A stretch of DNA of 43,288 nt from an uncultured bacterium (GCA_902773015.1 CACYCW010000004.1:1-43288), one strand, 5' to 3'; positions 15,493 to 25,157 are shown, counted from the first letter of the stretch. Notes: generated from the sequence alone by a model not told the origin. Program-made: numbers and translations.

Positions 15493-16859
15493 TCGCCGCG
15501 CGTGAAGTCGGGCACGTCCATCGTCGCGCTGCGGTTACGCACCGACTTCTCGCTCAGTTCGCAGAGACAGCACCAGCTCGCGAGGTCGTAGACGTTCTGG
15601 TCGAGCGGCAGTCCGTTCTGGAGACAGTAGGCGAGACGCAGCACCATCAGGAAGTCCATGCCGCCGTGGCCGCCCAGCTTCTTGGCGAGCTCGCCGGCCT
15701 GCTTCCAGAGCGGATGGCGGTACTCCTGGCGAACAGCCGCGGCCCTCTTCTCATCGAAGAACTGATGGACGCCGGCGCCGGGCTTCTCTTCCCAGCCGAC
15801 GCGGTAAGGATAGTCGGTGAGAATTCCCTTCGTGCCTGTAATCGTGTTGATACGCGAGTAGGGACGCGGCGAGCTGACGTCATGCTGGACCATGATCGAC
15901 CGGCCGAGCTTGGTCTTGATCAGCATCGTGTTCATGTCACCCATCTCGACGCGCATCTTCGTCTTCCAGCCGTTCTTCTGGTCGTCGGACTGATAATGCG
16001 CCTTCGCAAATGCCTCGAAGTTGGCCTGATTCGACTCGAGCGACACGAGGTAGTCGAACGCGTCGCCGCGGTTGATGTTCATGTACCAACAGATCGGGCC
16101 GAGGCCGTGGGTCGTGTACTGATTGCCCTTGTGCGCGACGTTGTGCCGGAGTCGCCAGTAGTTCCAGTAGGCCCCCGAATCCAATGACTTATCCCTGCCG
16201 GGGGTGGCATCGTCCCAGTTACCGTAATTGTGGGTGCGAAGATCATGGATGTACGCGCCCTCGCCATGCACGAGCTCGCCGAGAATGCCGCTGCGGCAGA
16301 GGTTCAGTGCCAGCATTTCCGTCTCGCCGTAGCAGCAGTTCTCAAGCTGCATGCAGTGGCGGCGGAGTTTCTCGGAGGTTTCCACGAGCTCCCAGCATTC
16401 GTCCACTGTGAACGCACTCGGCACTTCGGTCGCCACGTGCTTGCCGGCGTGCATCGCATAGAGCGCAATCGGCACGTGCAACTGCCACGGCGTCGCGTTG
16501 TAGACGAGATCGACATTCGGATCGTCACATAGGCGCTTCCACTCCTCGGGTCCGCCGGTGTAGACTGTCGGCTTCGGACGCTTCGCGGTCTCGATCGCCT
16601 TGAGCGTGCAATCGATGCGCACGGCGTTGAGATCGCAAATCGCGGTGATTTCGCACCCGGGTATCACGTTGAAACCCCTGACGCCAGCCTGGCCACGGCC
16701 GAGGCCGACGATGCCGACGCGCAGCTTCCTGAACGGCTTGTCGGCATAGAGCGCCATGCTGCCGCAGCCACCGAGGCCGAGGCCTTCTGTGGCACAGCCG
16801 GCGGCGACCGCTGCCGCGCCCATCCACGCCGTGCCCTTGAGAAACTCACGTCTGTCCAT
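15426..16859 (-). CDS. Tat-signal Gfo/Idh/MocA-family oxidoreductase, GH109-like
   Basis: MDRREFLKGTAWMGAAAVAAGCA twin-arginine signal and a Rossmann start LRVGIVGLGRGQAG. ENCCYGETEMLALNLCRSGILGELVHGEGAYIHDLR resembles NAD-dependent GH109-type glycosidases. Start chosen at the ATG 16857-16859 (AAGGAGA 7 nt upstream); the ATG at 16889 is the alternative. Confidence 0.8.
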   Translation of the reverse strand: MDRREFLKGTAWMGAAAVAAGCATEGLGLGGCGSMALYADKPFRKLRVGIVGLGRGQAGVRGFNVIPGCEITAICDLNAVRIDCTLKAIETAKRPKPTVYTGGPEEWKRLCDDPNVDLVYNATPWQLHVPIALYAMHAGKHVATEVPSAFTVDECWELVETSEKLRRHCMQLENCCYGETEMLALNLCRSGILGELVHGEGAYIHDLRTHNYGNWDDATPGRDKSLDSGAYWNYWRLRHNVAHKGNQYTTHGLGPICWYMNINRGDAFDYLVSLESNQANFEAFAKAHYQSDDQKNGWKTKMRVEMGDMNTMLIKTKLGRSIMVQHDVSSPRPYSRINTITGTKGILTDYPYRVGWEEKPGAGVHQFFDEKRAAAVRQEYRHPLWKQAGELAKKLGGHGGMDFLMVLRLAYCLQNGLPLDQNVYDLASWCCLCELSEKSVRNRSATMDVPDFTRGEWKNVPPLGDLSVDMGKMGFSA

Positions 16860-16963
16860 CTTCTGTCTCCTTTTTGTTGTTTGTTTCATGTTAATGCCGA
16901 CGAACCATCCACCCCCAAGCAATCAGCCGCCATTCGACCGAAGCGCCTTCGGGCTTAAGGGTT

Positions 16964-17734
16964 TCAGGGATAGTCCGCCGGCAAAGTCAGTATCTCGCAG
17001 CCGTCATCGGTGATGGCGACGGTGTGCTCGAAGTGGGCCGCCATGCACCGATCACGCGTCACGACCGTCCAGTTGTTCTCCAGGACATCCGTCTTCTCCC
17101 CCTTCTTCGTGAGCGTGATCATGGGCTCAATGGCGATCGTCATGCCCGGCCGCAGCACGAGTTTCGTTCCGGGCTTGCCGCAGTTCGGAACCTCAGGGTC
17201 CTCGTGCACATTCCGACCGACGCCGTGACCGATCCAGTCGCGGACGATGCCGAAGCCCGCCGCCTCGGCGACCTGCTGGATCGCGTAGCCGACATCGCCG
17301 AGATGGACGCCGGGACCGCACGCGGCGATGCCGGCCTTCAGGCAGGCTCGAGTCGTCTCGACGAGCCGCAGCACCTCGGGGTCGGTCACGCCAAGCGCGA
17401 CGGTGCGCGACGTGTCGCCGTTGTAGCCGTCCTTGAGGATGCCGACGTCCGTCTTGACGAGATCGCCGGGCATGATCACGCGGTGCGGGCTCGGGATGCC
17501 GTGGATGACCTCGTCGTTGATTGAGACGCAGATGTGCCCGGGAAAGCCGCCGTAGCCGTGGAAGCTCGCCTTGACATGGTGCTTCTCGCAGTAGCTGACG
17601 ACGAGATCGTCGATCTCGGCGGTGGTGACGCCGGGCGCGACGGCCGCGGCGCAGATGTCACGAATCTCCGCGCTCATCCGGCACGCCTCGCGCATCCGGT
17701 TGATCTGTTCCCTGTTCTTGATGTCAACTTTCAT
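16964..17734 (-). CDS. map: Methionine aminopeptidase, type I
   Basis: FHGYGGFPGHICVSINDEVIHGIP, DLVKTDVGILKDGYNGDTSRT, HGVGRNVHEDP and TIAIEPM are MetAP-I metal-ligand motifs. The track start is TTG 17740; I chose the ATG at 17732-17734. Confidence 0.93.
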   Translation of the reverse strand: MKVDIKNREQINRMREACRMSAEIRDICAAAVAPGVTTAEIDDLVVSYCEKHHVKASFHGYGGFPGHICVSINDEVIHGIPSPHRVIMPGDLVKTDVGILKDGYNGDTSRTVALGVTDPEVLRLVETTRACLKAGIAACGPGVHLGDVGYAIQQVAEAAGFGIVRDWIGHGVGRNVHEDPEVPNCGKPGTKLVLRPGMTIAIEPMITLTKKGEKTDVLENNWTVVTRDRCMAAHFEHTVAITDDGCEILTLPADYP

Positions 17735-17767
17735 TTCCAATCAGCATGGGACTGATGCAATCTCATC

Positions 17768-17920
17768 TCATCTCGCAATGGCACGATTGTCGGCCCCGTC
17801 CTCTCCTACTTGCGAATCCCACGTCGCCTCGTATCGCGTCGCGCCGTGTGCAAGAAACGCTGAAAGCGTCGCCAGGACGGCAGCCGCCAAGCGCACCGAG
17901 AACTTCTGTCTGTGATTCAT
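17768..17920 (-). CDS. Possible 50-aa secreted peptide, candidate leaderless ORF
   Basis: Translated codon by codon: MNHRQKFSVRLAAAVLATLSAFLAHGATRYEATWDSQVGEDGADNRAIAR*. It has a basic n-region, a hydrophobic core and AHG-A. The ATG is 8 nt after a -10 element. Third-position G+C is ~65% (32 of 49 codons counted), lower than the impression given by neighbouring genes, for which no count was made. Below the track cutoff. Confidence 0.3.
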   Translation of the reverse strand: MNHRQKFSVRLAAAVLATLSAFLAHGATRYEATWDSQVGEDGADNRAIAR

Positions 17921-17928
17921 GAATCAGA

Positions 17929-17957
17929 ATGGTACCAAAGTTATCCGCTTCTGTCAA
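17929..17957 (-). promoter_or_regulatory. Sigma70-type promoter TTGACA-N17-(TGG)TACCAT upstream of the small ORF and map
   Basis: Minus strand reads TTGACA GAAGCGGATAACTTTGG TACCAT TCTGATTC ATG. The -35 is at 17952-17957 and the -10 at 17929-17934. Confidence 0.55.
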
Positions 17958-17987
17958 TCCCACCCACGCGGCAACCCAGGGCTGGAA

Positions 17988-20900
17988 TCAGTCGCCGCCG
18001 CCGGAGCCGTCCACGCTCTCACCGATGGCGATTGCTCCACCGCGCACGACCGAGTGGCTCTTGCGCTTGCCAGCGGCCGTCTGCTCGACGACCTTCTGCG
18101 TCCGCCAGAACGAACCGGCGAAGAGCGGACGGAAAACCTCTCCGGGAGCGCACGCCCCGCAGCCGCCCCACCCCGGGAGCAGGATCCCCGCGTAGTTCAC
18201 CTTGATGGCGGACGTCGCCCCTTCGGGCAGGCACATGAACGTACCGCTCAGGACACCGGTCGCGCGCTTGAACTTCAGCGACAGCCGAATGGGGTTAGCC
18301 CCATCGATGTAAGGCCCCTTCCCCTCAACGTTGATCGACACCTCCGCAGCCGCACCCCAGGTCGTAAACCAAAGAGGCACACCACCGAAACGGGATGCCG
18401 TGCGGGCGCATTCCTCGATATCCTCCTTCGCATCATAGTAGGCCCCGTAGAGTCCGTACGTCACCTCGTGGCACTCGTTCGTCGACCAGCTTTCAGAGTG
18501 TCGCCAGCGCGGAGCGACCCCCTCGACCGCGACAACGGTCCGATGCTCGTCTGCACCCGTATACAGGGCCGCTGCCTCTGCCGCAATGTCAGCATAGGCC
18601 GTGAAGTAGTCAGTCGCGGTGCGAATGACGACCGGCACGCCCGCCGACTCTCCGCGATCGCGAAGCACCGCGCTGCCGCTGAACGACTTGCCGTTCGCGA
18701 GCCGACCGGCATAGGTCATCTTGCCCGCATTCACCGCGGATGCCGTGTTCATCTTGAGCGTGAACCAGGCATCACCCGTCGGCACGTTCGTCACGGCGGA
18801 CGAGACCAGGTTGGTCGCCGGGCAGTCAACGGTAAACAGCCCCGTCCAGGACTTCGCAAGCCTTGTCGCCTTGTTCCAGGGCGCCGGCAGGGCCGTCCCG
18901 ACAACCGGCTCCGTCAGATCATCCACATCGTCGATCTCGTAACCGAAAGTCCCATCCGAAGCCATTGTCACCGCGAGCGCATAACCAGCCTTCTTCGGCT
19001 TGAGAACCGCAGTCAGTGTTCCGGTAACGTCATCGCAGGCGGCCCACGACGAGGATGTGAACGCGATGGTTCCCGCACGGCAGAGGTACTTCGCGCTCAA
19101 CTTGCCCGTCTTCGGCACTGTGACGGTGAGCCGGCCCGCAAGGACGCCCGCGGCAGCATCGACAACCGGGATGTCGCCGAAGGTGCGCGTCTTAGCAACG
19201 AACGCGTTCGCGCCCTGGCCGTCCTTACCCACGACCGTGATGTCGCTCACCGAGAAGACCAACCGCACCGTCGTGCCGGCAACTCCCGCTACCTTCGTCG
19301 GATCGGCCTTCGGACGCTGCTCGATGATCTGATAGGCCACCGTCGCGTCCTTCGCCTTCGTCGGCGTACCCGAGAGGACCAGCCTCACAACCCCGCCCTC
19401 GAGCAGCAGCTTCGCTTTCACACCGGTTGGCAATGAACCCGAGAGTTTCTTCAGCACGAGACGACCGCCCTTCCACTCGCTCACGGCGATCTCGTCCGCA
19501 AAGGAGACGTAGCGACGGATCGCGTAGCGGCGCGTATCGACCTCAAAGCCCGGTGAGTCCGCCGTGACCACGTTGACCGTCAGCTTCCGCTTCGATTTGT
19601 CGACCGCCGCCCCCGCCTGCGGAGTGATGGTCACGGTGAACGACCGCTTCTTGCCCAAGTCGGCGATCATCGGCACCGCGAGCTCCACATGCTTCACCGG
19701 AACGCGATCGAGATGAGTCCAGACAAGGACATTGCTGGAGAGCGTCCCCTGCGCCGTCGCCACATCGCACGTGACGGAGGTCGCGGCGCCCAGGAGACGC
19801 TCGACCGAGATGTCGAGAACGGACCCCTCCCTCGCGACGACGGTCATCGTCTTCGCCATCGCCGGATCCGTCGCCGTGATCGCGAGCTTGCCTTGCAACA
19901 TCTTGTCGTCCTCAGTGATCTCCTCCACGAAATTCGTCGGACCGATAGAATCCCCTTTGAGGAAATCACCAGAGATATCGGCGATTCTCAGGACGATCTG
20001 CCGGTCCCCATCCCAGATCGTGTCATCGACGATCTTCAGCTTCACGATCTTCGGCTCCGCGTCGCCATCCGCCCACTCAAGCATGGAATTCTCCCATTCG
20101 TATGTGCCCGGGGACGCCGTCGTCGCCGCGACATCGAGCACGACCGACGCATGAAGCACCCCGGCCACTCCGCCTTCGCGCAGCACCTGGATCGTCCTCG
20201 TCCCTGCCGTCTTCTCCGGGACCTTCTCGCCGGCACGCTCGAAGACGGGCGCAGACGGACGGTTCTCCAGCGAAGTCGTAATTGAATAGCCAATGATGGA
20301 ATTCGTCGCGCGGTCGAGGGCAAAAGCAGCCGACGTGTCGATCGCCCGGATTTCCACAAACCATTCCGCCTCGTCCGCCTTGACGACGACCGGCAGGGTC
20401 ACGCCGGCAAACACATTCCCCTTGACCGTTGCCACTGTCCCTGTCGTCGATCCGACACGGACAAGTCTCAGCCAGAGGTTCGTCTCGTTCAAGGCCCCCT
20501 CATCGGCCGAGGACTCAAGCGCCTTCACCGTGATTTCGCCCTCTGCGCAATGGGTCGGCGTCTCCAGCCGATACCAGTCGGCAAGGTCAATTGCGGAGAC
20601 GCTCGCCTCGCGGTTGGTCGTCAGTCCCAGCAGGTCACCCGTCGTGCGCCAGTCGGCATTCGCCTCCTCTCCTGGCTCGTCGCACAGCGCCACCAGCTCA
20701 TCCATTCGCCGGAGATAGGCGTCAAGCGCCGAGGTGTCCCCGGGGCTCACGTTGTTGAACTGATAGAGCCGCCCGGTGGCCGTGCCGTCCGGCCGCAGGA
20801 GAATGAGACAGGGGATGCCGGTCTTCCAGCGCTGCGTCTCGGCGTTGTCGCTGGACAGATTCTCGGGTCGGCAGAAACCGCCGTGCTCCGTGTCGCTGTT

Positions 20901-22178
20901 AAGAAGGAGCAGGTTACGCGCGGCGATCTCGGTCGCGTTAGTCCCGCCGTTCCCGGTCTGAGGAATTTGATGACGCGAGAGGTAACCCGCCCCGCTCTGC
21001 ACTCGCTCCTGTTTCGGGTCCGTGGAGTTCACGTAGCGGTCGCTGACGGAGGTCGGCGCATAGGTGAGCAGCGATGTCTTGCCGACCGTGCCATCGGCAG
21101 CCACTGTCGGCACGTCAATGGCCGCGCAGGAGACATCATTTGACTTGAGCCACTCCTTGAACGGTTCGGTGTTGACGAGATAGTGGTCGGTCTTCACGCA
21201 GTCGGGGCACCAGAGCGAACCGCCTACGATGACGAGCGATGGACGCCCCCGCTCCGACGCGCGAGCCTTCACAAGATCAAGATCCATCGTCCATTCGCCG
21301 GCCGCAAGCGTCTCAAGGTCGCGTTCTCCGATCCAACGCGGATTCTTCGGTGAGTTCTCCGGCTCCTCGACAAACGCGACGAGCGAGGTCACGGCCGCAG
21401 GCATGCCCTCGCTCGTGAGCGCAAGAGAGACGAATGCTCCCGGAATGAATGCGCCATCGGGAATGTTCAGCGCCACGGACTGCCCACGCACACCCTCCGC
21501 CCAATCCACTTCGTTCGTCACCACACCGCCGTTCGGGAATGTCGCCACCAACCGGGTCGTCGCAGCGGCCGTCTTCGCCCGCTCAAGCGGGATATCGACG
21601 GTTTTTGTGTCTGCAACTGCCTCGAGCCGGTCGCAAGGCGTGGTGCCGACTGCAAACTGCGCCCCGGCAAGAAAATCGCCCAGATACCTGTCGAGATGGG
21701 CGACGAACGATGCAGCGGGCTTTTCGTCCCCCCAGCTGACGACGTTCTTCACGATGTCTCCGGAGGGTTTCTTCCAGTAGAGACCGATTTTCGGGAACGT
21801 GTGGACACTTGTTCCCCCGATCGTGTCGAGCCACTCGTAGGCCGCGCGGTAGTCCGCCGGCCAGGTCGTCTTCCACCCTGCGAAATCAGGGTAGGTCTTG
21901 CTGTTCCAGCCCACTTCATCCTTGAACGTCAAGACGACCGGGTGCTCGGCGACCCAGGTCGCGAGTTCGGATGAATCCTTCACGTTCGAGACAAACCAGT
22001 TGCAGTGCGTGCACTTCAAATGCCCCCAGAAGACGACAATCGGAACCCCTTGCGCCGTCGCGGTCGCGAGAGAGTTCGTGAAATTCGTCTCCCAATGGGC
22101 CGGCGTCGCCGCATTGGCCCAGCCCGACAAGATGGCCATTACGAGAATACCAACCGGCAGTTTAGATATGTTTTTCAT
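17988..22178 (-). CDS. Giant secreted multidomain protein (1396 aa): two thioredoxin-like CxxC modules, Calx-beta-like repeats, repetitive C-terminal region
   Basis: Signal peptide MKNISKLPVGILVMAILSGWANA. CTHC at 22002-22013 lies in VPIVVFWGHLKCTHCNWF, and CPDC at 21198-21209 lies in LVIVGGSLWCPDCVKTDHYL. The Calx-beta-like segment is LEWADGDAEPKIVKLKIVDDTIWDGDRQIVLRIADI. Trimmed to the ATG at 22176-22178 (GGAGAGAGG upstream). Confidence 0.85.
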   Translation of the reverse strand: MKNISKLPVGILVMAILSGWANAATPAHWETNFTNSLATATAQGVPIVVFWGHLKCTHCNWFVSNVKDSSELATWVAEHPVVLTFKDEVGWNSKTYPDFAGWKTTWPADYRAAYEWLDTIGGTSVHTFPKIGLYWKKPSGDIVKNVVSWGDEKPAASFVAHLDRYLGDFLAGAQFAVGTTPCDRLEAVADTKTVDIPLERAKTAAATTRLVATFPNGGVVTNEVDWAEGVRGQSVALNIPDGAFIPGAFVSLALTSEGMPAAVTSLVAFVEEPENSPKNPRWIGERDLETLAAGEWTMDLDLVKARASERGRPSLVIVGGSLWCPDCVKTDHYLVNTEPFKEWLKSNDVSCAAIDVPTVAADGTVGKTSLLTYAPTSVSDRYVNSTDPKQERVQSGAGYLSRHQIPQTGNGGTNATEIAARNLLLLNSDTEHGGFCRPENLSSDNAETQRWKTGIPCLILLRPDGTATGRLYQFNNVSPGDTSALDAYLRRMDELVALCDEPGEEANADWRTTGDLLGLTTNREASVSAIDLADWYRLETPTHCAEGEITVKALESSADEGALNETNLWLRLVRVGSTTGTVATVKGNVFAGVTLPVVVKADEAEWFVEIRAIDTSAAFALDRATNSIIGYSITTSLENRPSAPVFERAGEKVPEKTAGTRTIQVLREGGVAGVLHASVVLDVAATTASPGTYEWENSMLEWADGDAEPKIVKLKIVDDTIWDGDRQIVLRIADISGDFLKGDSIGPTNFVEEITEDDKMLQGKLAITATDPAMAKTMTVVAREGSVLDISVERLLGAATSVTCDVATAQGTLSSNVLVWTHLDRVPVKHVELAVPMIADLGKKRSFTVTITPQAGAAVDKSKRKLTVNVVTADSPGFEVDTRRYAIRRYVSFADEIAVSEWKGGRLVLKKLSGSLPTGVKAKLLLEGGVVRLVLSGTPTKAKDATVAYQIIEQRPKADPTKVAGVAGTTVRLVFSVSDITVVGKDGQGANAFVAKTRTFGDIPVVDAAAGVLAGRLTVTVPKTGKLSAKYLCRAGTIAFTSSSWAACDDVTGTLTAVLKPKKAGYALAVTMASDGTFGYEIDDVDDLTEPVVGTALPAPWNKATRLAKSWTGLFTVDCPATNLVSSAVTNVPTGDAWFTLKMNTASAVNAGKMTYAGRLANGKSFSGSAVLRDRGESAGVPVVIRTATDYFTAYADIAAEAAALYTGADEHRTVVAVEGVAPRWRHSESWSTNECHEVTYGLYGAYYDAKEDIEECARTASRFGGVPLWFTTWGAAAEVSINVEGKGPYIDGANPIRLSLKFKRATGVLSGTFMCLPEGATSAIKVNYAGILLPGWGGCGACAPGEVFRPLFAGSFWRTQKVVEQTAAGKRKSHSVVRGGAIAIGESVDGSGGGD

Positions 22179-22230
22179 GGTGATGTCATCCTCTCTCCTT
22201 ATAGCAGGGATTCTGCCTGCTTGTTGTGAC

Positions 22231-22260
22231 AGTATACCAAAACCCGACCCCAAAAGTCAA
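22231..22260 (-). promoter_or_regulatory. Sigma70-type promoter TTGACT-N18-(TGG)TATACT for the giant protein gene
   Basis: Minus strand reads TTGACT TTTGGGGTCGGGTTTTGG TATACT, followed by a ~45-nt leader with hairpin GCAGG..CCTGC and AAGGAGAGAGG. Confidence 0.55.
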
Positions 22261-22358
22261 CCGGTAAAGTTGTGATTAACGCCTTTCCGGAAAACGGCTG
22301 AGAAAGGCTTCCGGCGAGACGCGCAAGCGCCGCGGCGAGCGCCACGTGCGGAACCGTC

Positions 22359-23597
22359 CTAGGCGAGATCGCCCATGGTGACGACCGGGATCTCCTTGGT
22401 CTGGGTCATCTTCATCGGCTGGACGGCCGAGGCGTCGTAGGCGTAGCCATCGGGGCCGAGGGGCCAGACGACCGGCGCGGTGTTGAGGATGGTCGCCCGG
22501 AAGCCCTGCAGCGTCGCGCCCATGTTGCCGGTGTGCGAGCTGTTGCAGCCCTCGTTCTCGATGACGAAAGGATACCGATAGCCCTTGGCCATCAGCGTCT
22601 CCAGGAACTTCGTCCAGTCGCACGAGTCGCTGCCGCCGAAACCGGGAAGGCGCGGCTCGTAGCTGAGACGGTCCCACTCGCCGCCGGGGAGCGGAACACC
22701 GGCCTTCTTCGCAAGCGCGGCATCGACCGACTGCTGCGGGAAGAGCCGTCCCCAGTGCACGGCCTCCGCGTCGTTCGTGAAGTTGCGCGTGCCCTTGATG
22801 TGGATACGGCGAAGGCGAGAGAAGTCCATCGCGTTGATGACGTCCGTCGGGTCGATGTGCTGCCAGATGTCATGGGACGGGTCATACGTCTCCTGCAGGT
22901 TCTTCGACTCGATGAGCGCGTACATGAGCTTGCGCGCCGCGAGACAGCCCGGCAGGTTGTTGTAGCAGTCGGGCGCGGAGACCGGCTGCCAGCCCTCCAT
23001 CGGGCAGTTCTCGACGCACAGCGTGACACCGAGCGACTCGGCGTACTTGACGATCGGTGCGAAGACCTTTTTGAACTTCATCAGGTTCTTCTCGAAGCCG
23101 CAGTCCTCCTTGCCGAGCAGGGTGTCATAGCCGACGAACGTGCCGCAGACCACGTCGTTCGCGTCCCCGCCGAGAAGCGCCGCGATGCGGATCAGCTTGA
23201 GGATGTGGTTCTGGTTGACGAGCTGGTTCTCGATCTTACCGCCGATGAGGTTGTCGTAGGCGCCGACGGAAATGCGGATTCCCGTCTCGTTGCAGAGATC
23301 GATGACGCGCTTCGCCTCGTCAAGATTGAACTTCTCGTAGTCGAGATGCGTCGCGATGTGGTCCGCCCGGTCGGTGTCGCGGCGGAAGACGCACACCTCG
23401 AGCCCCTGCGCACCGACGGACTGCGCCCGCTTCACGACATCGGCAAACGTGCGATCCGCCGCGAAGGCCGAGGTCATCAGCCAGATCGGGTTGTTGTTCG
23501 CCTTCGGCTTGGGGGCGTGCGCGGCGGCCTTGCGCGGTGACAGCGTCCCCATCGCGGCGAGCGCCGCGGCCGACTTGAAGAACTCTCTCCTGTTCAT
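22359..23597 (-). CDS. Tat-signal xylose-isomerase-like TIM-barrel protein (sugar phosphate isomerase/epimerase family)
   Basis: MNRREFFKSAAALAAMGTL twin-arginine signal. AQGLEVCVF..., GIRISVGAY..., VTLCVENCPMEGW and RIHIKGTRNF fit the AP-endonuclease-2/xylose isomerase-like barrel pattern. Confidence 0.8.
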   Translation of the reverse strand: MNRREFFKSAAALAAMGTLSPRKAAAHAPKPKANNNPIWLMTSAFAADRTFADVVKRAQSVGAQGLEVCVFRRDTDRADHIATHLDYEKFNLDEAKRVIDLCNETGIRISVGAYDNLIGGKIENQLVNQNHILKLIRIAALLGGDANDVVCGTFVGYDTLLGKEDCGFEKNLMKFKKVFAPIVKYAESLGVTLCVENCPMEGWQPVSAPDCYNNLPGCLAARKLMYALIESKNLQETYDPSHDIWQHIDPTDVINAMDFSRLRRIHIKGTRNFTNDAEAVHWGRLFPQQSVDAALAKKAGVPLPGGEWDRLSYEPRLPGFGGSDSCDWTKFLETLMAKGYRYPFVIENEGCNSSHTGNMGATLQGFRATILNTAPVVWPLGPDGYAYDASAVQPMKMTQTKEIPVVTMGDLA

Positions 23598-23627
23598 GAC
23601 AACGGACCTTTCATGTCGCGTTCGCGA

Positions 23628-25157
23628 TCAGACGACGATGTTCCAGCCGTCGCGGTAGTCAGTGCGCTCGATCGAGACGCCCTTCGGGTTCGACCCGCGA
23701 ATCTCCATGCGGACGGGATCCCAGTCGAAGCCGGTGTCGTACTGGTAGCTCAGGTTGCAGAGGAGGCACAGCGTCGCACTGCGGCCGCCGACCTCGGCGG
23801 GCGAGATCGTCGGCGCACGCGTCTCGATGCACTCGCAGAAGTTCTTCACCTGGTTCTCGCTCCTGTAGAGCTGGATCGGCGCAGAGTCGATCTTGAACTC
23901 GCTGACGAGTTTCTCGAGAGCCTTCGTGAGACTGTCGTCCTTCTTCGCGCTGCTGTCCGTACCGTAGTCCTTGCCGACGGACGCGGCGACGAGCTTGTCC
24001 TTCATGAAGCTTGCGTCCTGCAGTGCCTTGCGCACCTCGGCATTGGGTTTGACGAGACCTGTGCCCTTCCAGACCGCGATCTTGCCGCGGTTCACGGCGA
24101 CGATGCCATCCGTGCCGTAGAAGACCGTCCCCCACGTGCCGAACGGCCCGTGGTAAAGCTCGATATCCTCCCCGTTGGGCTTGCGGAAGAGCATCCGCAT
24201 GCCGAACTGCCGCCGTCCGCCGTGGTAGAGATTTGTCGAATACGGCTCGTCGGAGCGGATGATGCGGTACGGGCCGGAGCGGTCCATGTCCATTCCCCAC
24301 TGTGCGATGTCGAGGTGATGTGCGCCCCAGTCGCCGTTGTATCCCGAGCCGATGTCATCGTCGAAACGCCAGAACATCGGGTAGAACTTGTTGACGCCCT
24401 TCGGAGCGAGCTGGTTCGAGTAGGGCCGCCACTTCGCCGGCCCGAGCCACATGTTCCAGCCGTCTTCACCCAGCTGCTCGTAACCGTCGGCCTCCTCGTT
24501 CGCCTTCGCCGGATCGTCCCAGAAGCGCACCGGATGCGACGGCCCGCCGAGCTTCTGTCCGCCCCTGCCGTAGTTCGCGTCCACGTACAGGAGCTCGCCG
24601 ATGTAGCCGTTCCGCACGATCATGCAGCCGACGCGGAACTCGGAGAGCTTCTTCCAACTGCGCTGCATCGAGCCGGTCTGGAAGACGCGCGCGTACTTCG
24701 CCTGAGCGGCGATCACCTTCTTCGCCTCGTCGATCGAGAACGTGAGGGGCTTCTCGCAGTAGACGTCCTTGCCGTGCTTCATCGCCTCGACGGACATGTA
24801 GGCGTGCCAGTGGTCCGGCGTGGCGATGCACACCGCGTCGATCTCCGGGTCGCGAAGGACGGCGCGGAAATCGGCGACGGCTTTGCACGCGCTGTCCTTG
24901 TAATGGGCGTTGACGCGCTGGGCCGCATCCTCGCGACGCGTGCGGTCGCAGTCGCATACCGTGGTGACGCGCACGTTCGGCTGGGAGAGGAACTGCGGCA
25001 GCAACGCCTGGCGGCCCTGGATGCCGACGCCGATCATGGCGACGCTGATGGGCTCGCCAGGCTTGCGTGGGCGCACCCCCACCTTGGCGGTCGAACAGCC
25101 GGCGAGCGATGCGGCCGCCGCGGACCCGAGTAGAAAACTGCGACGATTCATGTTCAT
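23628..25157 (-). CDS. Tat-signal/lipobox Gfo/Idh/MocA-family oxidoreductase
   Basis: MNMNRRSFLLGSAAAASLAGCS, then ISVAMIGVGIQGR (Rossmann) and DAVCIATPDHWHAYMSVEAMKHGKDVYCEKPL (the EKP motif of the family). Confidence 0.85.
   Translation of the reverse strand: MNMNRRSFLLGSAAAASLAGCSTAKVGVRPRKPGEPISVAMIGVGIQGRQALLPQFLSQPNVRVTTVCDCDRTRREDAAQRVNAHYKDSACKAVADFRAVLRDPEIDAVCIATPDHWHAYMSVEAMKHGKDVYCEKPLTFSIDEAKKVIAAQAKYARVFQTGSMQRSWKKLSEFRVGCMIVRNGYIGELLYVDANYGRGGQKLGGPSHPVRFWDDPAKANEEADGYEQLGEDGWNMWLGPAKWRPYSNQLAPKGVNKFYPMFWRFDDDIGSGYNGDWGAHHLDIAQWGMDMDRSGPYRIIRSDEPYSTNLYHGGRRQFGMRMLFRKPNGEDIELYHGPFGTWGTVFYGTDGIVAVNRGKIAVWKGTGLVKPNAEVRKALQDASFMKDKLVAASVGKDYGTDSSAKKDDSLTKALEKLVSEFKIDSAPIQLYRSENQVKNFCECIETRAPTISPAEVGGRSATLCLLCNLSYQYDTGFDWDPVRMEIRGSNPKGVSIERTDYRDGWNIVV

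Noticed and set aside
16935-16956. The hairpin CCGAAG-CGC-CTTCGG between map and the GH109-like gene might be an intrinsic terminator.
   Set aside because: It has only a 6-bp stem, and no U-tract follows on the minus strand. The evidence is insufficient.
22276-22358. GC-rich alternative stems (GCCTTTC..GAAAGGC and CCGGAA..TTCCGG) downstream of the TIM-barrel gene might be a terminator.
   Set aside because: The stems are short, the loops long (14-16 nt), and there is no U-run. The idea is plausible but unsupported.
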